From contig CAVXWP010000016.1 in NCBI GenBank assembly GCA_963765495.1, positions 288,001-352,000 of the forward strand: a DNA stretch of 64,000 nt. Direction: 5' to 3'. The notes under the pieces were generated by a model, which was given only the letters and a program-made list of their open reading frames with translations, had not been told where the DNA came from and searched no databases. How positions within the stretch are numbered: position 1 is the stretch's first letter; each line of letters opens with the position of its first letter. Positions 10,820 through 21,010 of this stretch are shown piece by piece. This DNA is from Blastocatellia bacterium (GTDB lineage Bacteria > Acidobacteriota > Blastocatellia > UBA7656). The position numbers were made by a program, and so were the translations under genes.

Positions 10820-11553
10820 TACTCAAGCCTGTTTTTGTAGATCATGGCTCCAAGCTTAAAACTCTTGTCGAGCGTGTAGGCGTCGTCAAGCTCCGAGTGA
10901 AAGTGAATAGAAATATTTTGAAGCGTGGCCAGAGGCTCGCCCTTTACCATGCGCGGAAACACAAATCGCGCGCCCAGATAATTTCCGTGAGGCGGTATGT
11001 ATTCCTGCAAACGGACGCGCTCGCCTCCCTCGACCGACAGATAGGTGTTCGCTTTGAGCCGTTCGAGCGTCAGATTATCGAGCAGTTCTCTTGCGTTGTA
11101 GAGTTTTGTGGTGGGTCGCGGGGCATCGAAGAAAACCGAAATGATTACGTGATCTTTATAGTCTTCTTCCACAAAAGACTTCAATTGCGCGGCCATATCT
11201 TCATTGACTTTTCCGCCCTGATTGATTTCCAGCAATCGACTGATCGCCTCGCGAACGGGTCTTGCCGACAGAAAGGCCACACGATAATTGACCTGCGCGG
11301 CCCGATTTATGCGGCTGCCGCCTATGTCAATCGTGCGGCTCGAATCGGCGTCCCTGTGAGGCGCAGCATCTCTATCCGACGGATTGCCGAATACGAGCGT
11401 CTGCCCCCACGGCGAATCGCTCAACAGCTTCATCGCCTCTTTTTCAGACCACTCGGCGGGAGGCTTCCCACTCCACTGCGCCGAAGCCACAGCAGAAATT
11501 ATCAACAACGCGGCGATTACGACTGCTGCCGGAATACTTCTGGTTTGCTTCAC
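10816..11553 (-). CDS. Exported hypothetical protein
   Basis: GTG after AAGGAGG; signal peptide ending ASA-Q; W..K...EWS..EA.KLL.DSPW. Confidence 0.75.
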   Translation of the reverse strand: MKQTRSIPAAVVIAALLIISAVASAQWSGKPPAEWSEKEAMKLLSDSPWGQTLVFGNPSDRDAAPHRDADSSRTIDIGGSRINRAAQVNYRVAFLSARPVREAISRLLEINQGGKVNEDMAAQLKSFVEEDYKDHVIISVFFDAPRPTTKLYNARELLDNLTLERLKANTYLSVEGGERVRLQEYIPPHGNYLGARFVFPRMVKGEPLATLQNISIHFHSELDDAYTLDKSFKLGAMIYKNRLEY

Positions 11554-11573
11554 CGGCTCCTCCTTTTCAAGCG

Positions 11574-12189
11574 TCAAAAGCGCAGCACGATCCCGCCTGA
11601 AATCAGCAGGTTATGCTGGCGGTCGCCTATCAGTTCCGAATTGAGCTTCGGATTGCCCGACACGAAATCGCGGACCTCGCCGCGCACGCTGATAAACGGA
11701 AACACCTTTACATCCACGCCTCCACCGTAATCGAAGACGGCGCGATTTGCCGTGCGTTCGCCGGAGGTTGGACGTATTGGCTACCGTTGTGTCGCTCCCG
11801 TTAAAGCGCGCGTATCCGACTCCGCCCACCACGTAAGGCGAGGCCGGCGCGAAGGGCAGAAATTTCAGCTTTAATCCCGGCGTGATAAACAGAGAGGAGT
11901 AACTGCGCGGCGAAAGCGCATTCGAAGAAGTTATATCAGTCTTTGGCGTGACCGTGATCGGAAACTCTACGTGCAGCGATGCGACTTGAGCGTTATAGAT
12001 TCGGTTCGCGTAGCTCACTTGATAGGCCAGCCCGTTGCCTGTTCGGACAAAGCCGGGTATCGGCAACCGCACGTCACGGTCTTCTGTTCCCATAGCCCCT
12101 ATCTGAAACCCCAATTCGTGTTCCTGCGCGGAGGCGGCGCACGCGCTCAGAATCAGCACCCCAAGAACGCCTATGATTTTCCCTTTCAT
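11574..12189 (-). pseudogene. Outer-membrane beta-barrel protein split by a 1-nt frameshift (real or sequencing error)
   Basis: Signal peptide and PYVVGGVGY in the first frame; second frame gives FDYGGGVDVK...VRGEVRDF...ISGGIVLRF*. Confidence 0.85.
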
Positions 12190-12229
12190 TGTTCCCCCTG
12201 TCTGGTTTTACCTGTCTTGTCTTTACCCG

Positions 12230-13066
12230 CTACTCGATCAACGCGGCATAGTTGTCAAGAATCGGCAGAATCTTATCGCTTTCTGCCGATGGAAGCGCGA
12301 AGATGACGCGCTCGATGCCCGCCTCTTCCATTTTATCAATCGCCTCGCGTTCGGGCTTTGCGCCAAAGATAGAGATTGATATCGAGTTGGGGTCGCGCCC
12401 GGCCTTCTCGGCGCGTTCCCTCAAGGTGGCGATCTTTTCGATGATCCCGGTCGCGCGCATGCCAATCGGCATCCACCCGTCGCAGAATTCGATTACGCGG
12501 TCGAAAGTCGTAGGCCCGTCGCCGCCCATCAGGATCGGCGGATGCGGCTTCTGCGCGGGTTTGGGATTCGACCATATCTTATCGAAGTTCACAAACTCGC
12601 CGTGAAATTCCGCCTCATCTTTTGTCCATATCTCTTTCATCGCGAGAATCTGCTCGCGCAATCGCCGCCATCTGGTCTTGTACTCGGTCCCGTGATTTTC
12701 CATCTCTTCGGCATTCCAGCCGCCGCCTATGCCAAATAAAAATCTGCCGCCCGATAACTGATCGAGGCTTGCTATCTCTTTTGCCGTGGTGATCGGGTCG
12801 CGTTCGATGATAAGGCAGATGCCGGTTGCCACTCGCAGTTTTTTCGTAGCCATTGCCGCCGCCGTCAACGCTACAAACGGGTCGTAGGTGTTCCAGTACT
12901 CCTTCGGCAGATCGCCCCCGGCGGGGTAAGGAGTGCGGCGGCTCGCCGGAATATGAGTGTGTTCGGGGAGCCAGAGCGATTCGAATCCGCGCTGTTCGAG
13001 CGCGGAAGCCAGTTCATCGGGCCGAATTGCATACCCGGTCGAAAACATAAACGCGCCGTAAAGCAT
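12230..13066 (-). CDS. LLM-class, probably F420-dependent, oxidoreductase
   Basis: SLWLPEH, DPFVAL, LDQLSGGRFLFGIGGGW. Confidence 0.85.
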   Translation of the reverse strand: MLYGAFMFSTGYAIRPDELASALEQRGFESLWLPEHTHIPASRRTPYPAGGDLPKEYWNTYDPFVALTAAAMATKKLRVATGICLIIERDPITTAKEIASLDQLSGGRFLFGIGGGWNAEEMENHGTEYKTRWRRLREQILAMKEIWTKDEAEFHGEFVNFDKIWSNPKPAQKPHPPILMGGDGPTTFDRVIEFCDGWMPIGMRATGIIEKIATLRERAEKAGRDPNSISISIFGAKPEREAIDKMEEAGIERVIFALPSAESDKILPILDNYAALIE

Positions 13067-13156
13067 GACAGCCTCCTTGAGTGATTTGCTGAGTCCGAGG
13101 CATGATAACCCTCGCGGTCGGACCTTTGCCAGTTGGCAGGAAGAGATTGATCCGTT

Positions 13157-13927
13157 TTAAGCCCCGTCGGGCGAACGGGTGGCGGCAAAAAGTATCCGCC
13201 GGAACGGATAAAAGACAGGGCCAAGCGGCCATCTGAGCCTGATCTGCTCGCGGTATCTTTCCATAAACAGCTCGGCCAGTTCATCCCCCATACGTGAAAA
13301 ATAAGGGACCATCGCGGCTCCCGCCATCCAGTCGGCCATCGCATCGGGGCCTTCAAGCACGTGCGGATAGACCTTTTCCATCACGGTCAAATCCTTGCCG
13401 CCGTGAGCGTAAAGCAATTCCGCGTATGCGGCTATTGAGAGCACGGGAGCCACCCGCACCCATCCGCCAAGCGCCTCTCGAAACGGCTCTTCACCCGCCA
13501 GTTTCGTCAAGAGGATATGCGCCGGATGTTTGTGATTCGACGGCTCTTGCACCGCGAGGCGTCCCCCCGGACTTACGAGCGAAAATAATTTCGGCACAAG
13601 CGAAGGGTGATCGTCTACCCAGTGGATTGCCGCGTGTGAAAACACGAGGTCATATTCGCCCTCGATCTCTTGCAGGTTGCCTTGCGCGAAAAGCAGGCCC
13701 GGGCGCGCGTACTGTTCGGCCTGGTCAAGCATCTGCGCTGATGTGTCGACGCCAAGGCAATCGCTTCCGGGCAGAAGATCGGCCAGACGGCGGGTCAGTT
13801 CTCCCGTCCCACAACCGAGATCGATGACGCGCATGTTCTCTCGAACCGTCACCATGCTCAAAAGGTCTTCAAACGGCGCGGAACGTTCATTTTGAAATTT
13901 ATGGTAGCATTCAGGATCCCAGGGCAT
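13157..13927 (-). CDS. tam: Trans-aconitate 2-methyltransferase-like
   Basis: WDP..Y..F..ER..PF.DL, DLGCGTG, YPFRRIL. Confidence 0.75.
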   Translation of the reverse strand: MPWDPECYHKFQNERSAPFEDLLSMVTVRENMRVIDLGCGTGELTRRLADLLPGSDCLGVDTSAQMLDQAEQYARPGLLFAQGNLQEIEGEYDLVFSHAAIHWVDDHPSLVPKLFSLVSPGGRLAVQEPSNHKHPAHILLTKLAGEEPFREALGGWVRVAPVLSIAAYAELLYAHGGKDLTVMEKVYPHVLEGPDAMADWMAGAAMVPYFSRMGDELAELFMERYREQIRLRWPLGPVFYPFRRILFAATRSPDGA

Positions 13928-14194
13928 TTGTGATTCTCCTATTGATCAGATCCCGATAATTGAATCAGGGGTTGTTTTGATGCATCAGTTTTTCCGAACA
14001 TTCAATTCTACGTCACTCGCCCGGGTTCGTTCCAAACAATTGGAGAAATGATCGAGGGGACAGGAAAAACATTCTCGCGCCTGTAGCCTGTAACCTTTGA
14101 TCTGGTAGAATCAGTTTGTAAAGATGGCCATTGGCGTTATAGCAATACAGTCTGTAACATGGAATCAAAATCAACTTAAAAAGGATAGAAACGC

Positions 14195-15259
14195 ATGTGT
14201 AAGGATAAAACATTACAGCAAACGGCGGTTTTTGTTTTAGTTGCCGTTATGATTTTTATCCCCCTCGGGGGCGCAGGGGCGCAGGACAAAAAAGATGATC
14301 TTTATGCCAGCGGTCGCGAAGTGACGCTCGTCATCACCACTCACCCGCACAACGACCGGGCGCGCGAATACGCTGCACACCTTTCGGCCGAAGACTTCGC
14401 CGTATATGAAAAAGAGCGAAAGCAACAGATCATTTCGGTGAAACCGGCAGCAGAGATGCCGCCCATGCTGGCCGTCCTGATCCAGGATGATCTCGTGGCG
14501 CGCGTCAACAACGAGCTAAACGGCATCAAAACCTTTATTCGCGGCCTGCCGCAGGGTTCGCGTGTGATGACCGGCTATATCTCGGCCGGGTCTTTGAGGG
14601 TGGCAAAAGAGTTCTCCACAGACCTTGAGCGCGCCGCCGGTTCTCTGCACATCCTCCGCAGCAGCACGGCAGGCTCGCCTTTCAACCCGTATATAGAGGT
14701 GACCGAAGCGTTGCACAAATTCGATTCGCAGCCCAAAGGAAGGCGGATGATTCTGCTTGTTTCAGACGGGCTTGATAGTTCGCGCGGATTTCGCGCATCG
14801 AGTCCGGGGCTTTCGCCGGACCTTGACCGTTCGATTCGCGAGGCGCAACGTCGCGGGGTCTCGATCTTTACCATCTACTCGCCCTCGATTGGGCTGACCA
14901 GCATCAGTCGTATGGCGGCCAATTTCGGTCAAGGCTCGCTCAATCGTCTTTCGGACGAAACCGGGGGCGAATCCTTTAGCACCGGAATAGATTTCGTCTC
15001 GTTCGCGCCATACTTGAAGGAGTTCAAGGGGGCGCTTGATCGCCAGTATGTGCTCACCTATCGCAGTTCGAATACAGGCTCAGACTATCGCAAGATCAGA
15101 ATCTCAACCGAAACGGGTGTGCATCTACAATACATGGAAGGCTACAACCCTAAAGACAGCGATGTAGTCGAGGGTGAAGACGAAGACCATGATAAGGATC
15201 ACGACAAAGACCGCGATAAAGATCACGACAAGGATCACGACAGGGATCACGATAAATAA
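14195..15259 (+). CDS. Exported VWA-related protein with (DHDK)n tail
   Basis: Signal peptide, ILLVSDG.D, L..LSDETGG, QYVLTY. Confidence 0.8.
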   Translation: MCKDKTLQQTAVFVLVAVMIFIPLGGAGAQDKKDDLYASGREVTLVITTHPHNDRAREYAAHLSAEDFAVYEKERKQQIISVKPAAEMPPMLAVLIQDDLVARVNNELNGIKTFIRGLPQGSRVMTGYISAGSLRVAKEFSTDLERAAGSLHILRSSTAGSPFNPYIEVTEALHKFDSQPKGRRMILLVSDGLDSSRGFRASSPGLSPDLDRSIREAQRRGVSIFTIYSPSIGLTSISRMAANFGQGSLNRLSDETGGESFSTGIDFVSFAPYLKEFKGALDRQYVLTYRSSNTGSDYRKIRISTETGVHLQYMEGYNPKDSDVVEGEDEDHDKDHDKDRDKDHDKDHDRDHDK

Positions 15260-15288
15260 GGCTGATAATTCGCGGGATTTTGGAGGCA

Positions 15289-15327
15289 ACCCGGCTCACC
15301 GAAAAGAGATGTGAGCCGGGTTCTTTT
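15289..15327 (+). terminator. Rho-independent terminator between convergent genes
   Basis: aacccggctcac...gtgagccgggtt followed by ctttt. Confidence 0.75.
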
Positions 15328-15332
15328 GCGTC

Positions 15333-16571
15333 TCAGATGATGGCAAGCAGCATCTTTGGTTGCGAAAAGCTATGTCCGTCTTTTGAATTTCTGTAGAAGA
15401 GCAGCCCTTCGTCGCTGCCTATGATAGAACTGTCGATCCATACGATGTGAAGCTTGCCTTTCTTATCCACGACCATAGACGAACTGTGCGCGCGCCCCCT
15501 TGAGCGGTCGGCATTCGAAATCTGTTCGGGAGAAGAAAAGCTCTGGCCCGCATCCGTGGAGGTCAGCAGATAGACCTGTCTGAGCTTGCTCTGATCGTCA
15601 TTGTAAGAGATGTAGATGGTCTGTTGAAAGGTGGTCACAAAGACTTTATGAATGTCGGCGCCCGCATCCCCGGTCAGCTTTGTCGGCTCGGAAAAAGTTG
15701 CTCCCCCGTCGGTCGAGCGCGTGAAAAACACCTGAAGCCCGTCATCGGTTTCGCCTACCCAGGCGACGTTCAAACCACCCGAGCCATCGGCAGCGATGTG
15801 AGCTTCGGCGGCTGCGGCTGCGCCTTTTGAGAGCTGCGCCGGGGATGAGAATGTCGCGCCGCCATCGGTCGAGCGCGAATACATGATCGCGCTTGCGCCC
15901 GGCGCGGTATCTTCCCACACTATATTGATGGCATTCGAGGGATCAACTGCGATCTCCGGCTGAAACGCCTCACCCGACGAGCGGGAAATATCAACAGGGT
16001 CGGTAAAGGATTCGCCCAGATCGGTCGAGCGTACATACATAACTCGCCTGTGGAGGTCGTGGATTTCGCCCCAGGCGATGTTGAGCGATTCATTGGAATC
16101 AAGTGCCAGACGCGGATTGAATCTTCCGCCTTCATCTGGCGGAACCCGCGCGGGCGCTTTGAACTTCACTCCCTTTTTAGACTTTATCAGATAGACGCCG
16201 CTGCCCAGATTATCGTGAAATACCGTGTAAACACGCACTTTTCCGCTCTTGGTCACGGCAAGTGACGGGTTAAAATCTTCGCGCGGCGAATTTGACAGGT
16301 TACGTGTGGTCGGCGTGTTGTCCCAGGTTGCGCCCCCGTCAACCGATCTTGTGAAAAATATCTGGCTGTGCGGACTTGGCGGCACTCCCGTTGCGACCGA
16401 CATCATCAGATAGAGTTTGTTTTTCTTATCTACATCAATCGAAGGCTCGCGTTGCGCGCCGAAAAAGCCCTGCGCTTCGACACGATGAATCCGCGATGAG
16501 GCGCTTAACCACGTGAGCGAAAAGGTTGAGATTAATGCGAATATGAGAACGCTTCTTATTTTCATAACCAT
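15333..16571 (-). CDS. Exported Asp-box/BNR repeat (sialidase-fold) protein
   Basis: Repeated RSxDGGxTF motifs; signal peptide; exact start uncertain (16565-16601). Confidence 0.85.
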   Translation of the reverse strand: MVMKIRSVLIFALISTFSLTWLSASSRIHRVEAQGFFGAQREPSIDVDKKNKLYLMMSVATGVPPSPHSQIFFTRSVDGGATWDNTPTTRNLSNSPREDFNPSLAVTKSGKVRVYTVFHDNLGSGVYLIKSKKGVKFKAPARVPPDEGGRFNPRLALDSNESLNIAWGEIHDLHRRVMYVRSTDLGESFTDPVDISRSSGEAFQPEIAVDPSNAINIVWEDTAPGASAIMYSRSTDGGATFSSPAQLSKGAAAAAEAHIAADGSGGLNVAWVGETDDGLQVFFTRSTDGGATFSEPTKLTGDAGADIHKVFVTTFQQTIYISYNDDQSKLRQVYLLTSTDAGQSFSSPEQISNADRSRGRAHSSSMVVDKKGKLHIVWIDSSIIGSDEGLLFYRNSKDGHSFSQPKMLLAII

Positions 16572-16767
16572 CCCCGGCTGGAAAAGACTGCAAAACTGCA
16601 ATTAAGTTTGATTCACGCGGCGTCCGGCAAGTGGAGCAAACACGCCTCAACGATGTTACACGATGGCTCATAGCAGTTTCAACCGCTGCCGCTTTTCCAA
16701 AATTTGACAACGCATTGAAGCGCGTATCATACTCACCCTTTGAATTCATAAGGCAAGGTATTCAACT

Positions 16768-17691
16768 ATGACGGCCAGATTACTCGACGGCACAAACGTA
16801 GCCAGTCAGATAAAAGAGGAAGTGGCGAGCGAAGTCGCCCGCCTGGCCGGGCAGGGATTTGTGCCCGGGCTCGCTGCGGTTCTTGTCGGCAATGATCCGG
16901 CTTCCCATATCTATGTTTCGAGCAAAGTAAGAACCTGCGAGCAACTCGGCCTCTACTCCGAAAAGATCGAATTGCCCGATACGACTACTACGGAAGAGTT
17001 GCTGGCCCTGGTAGGCGATCTGAACGCGCGTCCGGACATTGACGGCATACTCGTTCAAATGCCGTTGCCCCCTCAGGTAGACGCTAACCTCGTGCTTGAC
17101 TCGGTTGATCCGGCCAAAGACGTAGACGGTTTCCACCCGGTCAACGTGGGCCGACTGGCACTGGGCGAGCCGGGGCTGCGGCCCTGCACGCCCGCAGGCA
17201 TTATCGAAATGCTCGACCGTTACGGGATCGAGATAGCAGGTGCGCGAGCCGTGGTGATAGGCCGCAGCCGCATTGTCGGGCTGCCGATGTCGTTGCTTCT
17301 CCTTCATCGCCACGCGACCGTGACCATTTGCCATTCGCGCACGGCGGAACTTGCCTCGGTCGCGCGTGAGGCCGACATACTGATTGCAGCCATCGGGCGA
17401 CAGGCGATGGTTGACGGCTCTTTCATCAAAGAGGGCGCTACGGTCATTGATGTCGGCATGAATAAAGTGACCGAAGAGAGGGATCTCGAAAGACTATTTG
17501 GCGACAACCCGAAGAAACGCGCGGCGTTTGAAAAACAGGGCTACACACTGGTGGGCGACGTAAATCCGCGTGAGGCGATGGAGGTGGCCGGCTTCCTGAC
17601 ACCTGTGCCGGGTGGGGTCGGCCCGTTAACCATAGCGATGCTTATGAAGAACACGCTCGCGGCAATGAAGATGCGGCGAAGATGCGGCTAA
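16768..17691 (+). CDS. folD: Methylene-THF dehydrogenase/cyclohydrolase
   Basis: KDVDGFHP, PCTP, TPVPGGVGP. Confidence 0.97.
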   Translation: MTARLLDGTNVASQIKEEVASEVARLAGQGFVPGLAAVLVGNDPASHIYVSSKVRTCEQLGLYSEKIELPDTTTTEELLALVGDLNARPDIDGILVQMPLPPQVDANLVLDSVDPAKDVDGFHPVNVGRLALGEPGLRPCTPAGIIEMLDRYGIEIAGARAVVIGRSRIVGLPMSLLLLHRHATVTICHSRTAELASVAREADILIAAIGRQAMVDGSFIKEGATVIDVGMNKVTEERDLERLFGDNPKKRAAFEKQGYTLVGDVNPREAMEVAGFLTPVPGGVGPLTIAMLMKNTLAAMKMRRRCG

Positions 17692-17809
17692 TAGACAGCT
17701 AACAAACAGAGAGCAGGCGGCCCGGCCAGCATTGAAAGTAGCGATTAATCCGGACACGGGATTCGATTTATCGTCTCTCTTCGGGCAAGATTAATACGTA
17801 ATATCCGGC

Positions 17810-17837
17810 TTGCCCTGCTGCCGTTTTCGGATATAAT
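17810..17837 (+). promoter_or_regulatory. Putative sigma70 promoter of spt-fabF-acp
   Basis: TTGCCC-16 nt-TATAAT. Confidence 0.5.
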
Positions 17838-17919
17838 ACCCCGCATCGCCGGGAGTTTAAGAAGCTCGGCAAGTCCTATTGCGCTAGCAGCAGAAGTTAT
17901 TCGGGCGAGGAAATGCGGC

Positions 17920-19134
17920 ATGCAGCAACAATCGCGCGTCGGCGCGAAAGACTTATTCGAAAAGGCTGTTGGTTTTACGAAGGCTGACGAGTTCCGCCGG
18001 GCAGGACTCTACCCATACTTCACGGAGTTTTCCGGGGCGTCGGATGCAGGCGAGGCCGAAATCAGCATGGGCGACCGCCCGATCCTCATGTTCGGTTCGA
18101 ACAACTACATGGGTCTCACAACAAACCCGGAGGTCAAGCAGGCGGCTCGGGAGGCCATCGAAAAATACGGCACGGGATGTTCAGGCTCGCGCATGCTCAA
18201 CGGCACTATGGATTTGCATGTGCGGCTTGAAGAGGCGCTCGCTCGCTTCATGAAACGCGAGTCGGCCTTAGTATTCGGCACGGGGTTTCAGACCAATTTC
18301 GGCACTCTTTCAACCATCGCCCAAAAGGGCGACTGCATTATCGCCGACCGCAGCATACACGCTTCGTTGCTGGACGGGTCGCTTGCGGCCTTTGCGCGTA
18401 CGCTCCGTTTTCGCCATAACGATATGGAAGACCTCGAAAATATCCTTTCGAGTCTTGCGCCCGATGAAGGCCGCTTGATAGTCGTTGACGGCGTCTTTTC
18501 CATGGAAGGCGACACGGCCAATCTGCCGGAGATAACCAGACTGGCCCGCCGCTATCAGGCGCGCGTCTATGTGGATGAAGCGCATGCCATCGGAGTGCTT
18601 GGCGAAAACGGTCGCGGTACGGCAGAGCATTACGCGGTTGAAAGCGACGTTGATATAGTGATGGGGACGTTTTCGAAATCGCTCGCCTCCATAGGCGGTT
18701 TTATTGCGGCGCGCCGCGATGTCATAGAGTTTATAAAACATCACAGCCGCGCCTTCGTCTATTCCGCTTCGCTTGCGCCCGCAAACGCGGCAGCCGTGCT
18801 GAAGGCGCTTGAGATAATAGAGCGCGAACCCGACCGTCGCAGTCGGCTGCTTGAGATGAGCGCGAAGCTGCGCCTGGAATTATCAAACCTCGGTTTTCGA
18901 CTGCTCGAAGGCATTACTCCCATTATCCCCGTCGTCGTCGATGACGAAAGGCTGGTGTGCAGATTCTTCTGGGAACTTATGAGCGAAGGAATATATACCA
19001 ATCCCGTGCTGGCTCCCGCCGTCGCGCACTCGCTTGTGCGTATAAGCTGTATGGTCACGCACACCGATCAGCACATCGAGCACCTGCTCGAATCGATGTA
19101 TCGCATAGGCAAAAAGCTGGAGATAATCAGTTAG
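17920..19134 (+). CDS. Alpha-oxoamine synthase, serine palmitoyltransferase-like
   Basis: YPYF, GSNNY.GL, GSRMLNG, HASL, DEAH, GTFSKSLASIGG. Confidence 0.8.
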   Translation: MQQQSRVGAKDLFEKAVGFTKADEFRRAGLYPYFTEFSGASDAGEAEISMGDRPILMFGSNNYMGLTTNPEVKQAAREAIEKYGTGCSGSRMLNGTMDLHVRLEEALARFMKRESALVFGTGFQTNFGTLSTIAQKGDCIIADRSIHASLLDGSLAAFARTLRFRHNDMEDLENILSSLAPDEGRLIVVDGVFSMEGDTANLPEITRLARRYQARVYVDEAHAIGVLGENGRGTAEHYAVESDVDIVMGTFSKSLASIGGFIAARRDVIEFIKHHSRAFVYSASLAPANAAAVLKALEIIEREPDRRSRLLEMSAKLRLELSNLGFRLLEGITPIIPVVVDDERLVCRFFWELMSEGIYTNPVLAPAVAHSLVRISCMVTHTDQHIEHLLESMYRIGKKLEIIS

Positions 19135-19259
19135 GGATGAGGGATGAGGGATGAGGGATGAAAAAGACTTTTACGTCACATCTCGATAAAAGCGGCTGGG
19201 GGTTTTCGGTAAAACTCCTTATAGTTCTTTTCATCCCTCATCCCTCATCCCTCATCCCT
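19133..19259. repeat. Heptamer-arm palindromic element, GGGATGA family
   Basis: (GGGATGA)x4 ... (TCATCCC)x4. Confidence 0.95.
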
Positions 19260-19265
19260 TAAATT

Positions 19266-20516
19266 ATGTCAGTCAATCGGGTTGCAGTAACCGGGATAGG
19301 TGTTATCGCGCCTGTGGGCGTTGGGCGCAAATCTGTCTGGTCGGCGCTCGTCGAGGGCAAAAGCGGCATCTCTGCCATAGAGCATTTCGACACGTCGAAT
19401 CTGAAGACTACAATCGCGGGCATCTGCCGCGATTTTCACCCGCACGACTTTTTCGACGAGCGCGAATTGTCGCGCATGGATCGCGTCTCTCAACTTGCGG
19501 TCGCAGCAGCAGGCATGGCCTCATCAGACGCGGGGCTCGGCGATGAAGAGATCAGCGGTTACGATACGGGCGTAATACTCGGCACAGGCTTTGGCGGTCA
19601 GGCATCTATCGAAGACTACTGCGGCGCGTTCTTTTCAGCCGGGCAGGGACGGCGCTCGGCCATAGCCATTCCTAAATCAATGTATAACGCCCCGACCTCA
19701 AACATTGCCATTCGCCTGAAGGCGCGAGGCCCGAACGTAACGGTGACCACGGCCTGTTCGTCGGGCGCAAACGCCATCGGCCAGGCATTTCATCTTGTGC
19801 GCTACGGTCACGCCGAGCGTATGATTGCAGGCGGAGCCGATGCGCCGATAACCCCCGTGGTGATGGATGCGTGGAAAGAGATGCGAGTGCTTTCGACAAA
19901 GAATGACCCTCCCGAACGCGCTTGCAAACCCTTCAGCGCCAATCGCGACGGGTTCATCCTTTCCGAAGGCGCAGGGATAGTGATCCTTGAAAACCTCGAC
20001 ACCGCACTAGCGCGCGGCGCTCACATCTACGCAGAGGTGGTGGGGTATGCCTCGACCGCCGATGCTTCCCACATCACTTTCCCCGATCCCGACGGCGAAT
20101 CCCAAGCGATTTTGAGGGCGCTCGGGGACGCGGGACTGCGGCCCGAAGAGGTTGATTACATCAATGCGCACGGGACGGCCACGAAATTCAATGATGTGTC
20201 AGAGACCGAAGCCATAAAGCGAGTCTTCGGAGAGTTGGCTTACGAGATTCCCATCAGCTCGATCAAATCCATGCTGGGGCACCCTATGGGCGCGGCTGGC
20301 GCGCTTGAATTTATCGCAACCGTCCTGTCGGTCGAGACCGGGCAAGCGCCTCCGACCATAAATTACGAAGAGCCCGACCCGCAATGCGACCTCGATTATG
20401 TGACGGAAGGAAAACGGCAGATCGGGCGGCGCGGCAAGCGGATTACGGCTATTTCGAACTCATTCGGATTTGGCGGCAACAACGCGGTTCTGGCAGCGCG
20501 CGAGTATAAAGAGTAA
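19266..20516 (+). CDS. fabF: Beta-ketoacyl-ACP synthase II-like
   Basis: TACSSG, NAHGT, KSMLGH, SNSFGFGG. Confidence 0.9.
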   Translation: MSVNRVAVTGIGVIAPVGVGRKSVWSALVEGKSGISAIEHFDTSNLKTTIAGICRDFHPHDFFDERELSRMDRVSQLAVAAAGMASSDAGLGDEEISGYDTGVILGTGFGGQASIEDYCGAFFSAGQGRRSAIAIPKSMYNAPTSNIAIRLKARGPNVTVTTACSSGANAIGQAFHLVRYGHAERMIAGGADAPITPVVMDAWKEMRVLSTKNDPPERACKPFSANRDGFILSEGAGIVILENLDTALARGAHIYAEVVGYASTADASHITFPDPDGESQAILRALGDAGLRPEEVDYINAHGTATKFNDVSETEAIKRVFGELAYEIPISSIKSMLGHPMGAAGALEFIATVLSVETGQAPPTINYEEPDPQCDLDYVTEGKRQIGRRGKRITAISNSFGFGGNNAVLAAREYKE

Positions 20517-20569
20517 AGTTAGTCGATAGGCGCGTGCGAGCGAGATATTTCAGAAGAGGTTAGTGGAAA

Positions 20570-20827
20570 ATGTTTAGAGAAGTCGTCGAGCCAGTCGAGG
20601 ATGTTGTTAAGAACATAATCGTCGCCGAGTTGAGAGTGGACCGTTCGCAACTCGGCCCCGACACTCATCTGATGCGAGACCTCGGAGCAGATTCGCTTGA
20701 TGCGCTCAACATCGCTTTGCGCCTTGAAGAAGCGTTTAAGATAAAGATACCTGACGAAGCCATCCCGGGGTTTTTAACCGTCGGCGATATAATCAACGGA
20801 GTGAGCGAGCATCTCGCTCTTCGATAA
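20570..20827 (+). CDS. Acyl carrier protein
   Basis: DLGADSLD phosphopantetheine motif. Confidence 0.9.
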   Translation: MFREVVEPVEDVVKNIIVAELRVDRSQLGPDTHLMRDLGADSLDALNIALRLEEAFKIKIPDEAIPGFLTVGDIINGVSEHLALR

Positions 20828-20903
20828 TCTTCCAAATCAAGCCGCTAATTCAATTCGCAAGCGATTAATACAAATGACCTTGAACAAAGAGCACACAGTA
20901 ATA

Positions 20904-20988
20904 GGCCACGGATGACACGGGTCGGGCGGATAAACACGGATTTGACCATATGTGATCTGATCCGCGAAAATCCGTCGCATCTGTAGCC
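20904..20988. repeat. Degenerate palindromic element (CACGGAT family)
   Basis: ggccacggat..cacggat ... atccgcg..atccgt..atctgtagcc. Confidence 0.6.
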
Positions 20989-21010
20989 TGTTTCTTCTCA
21001 CCCTACTCGT

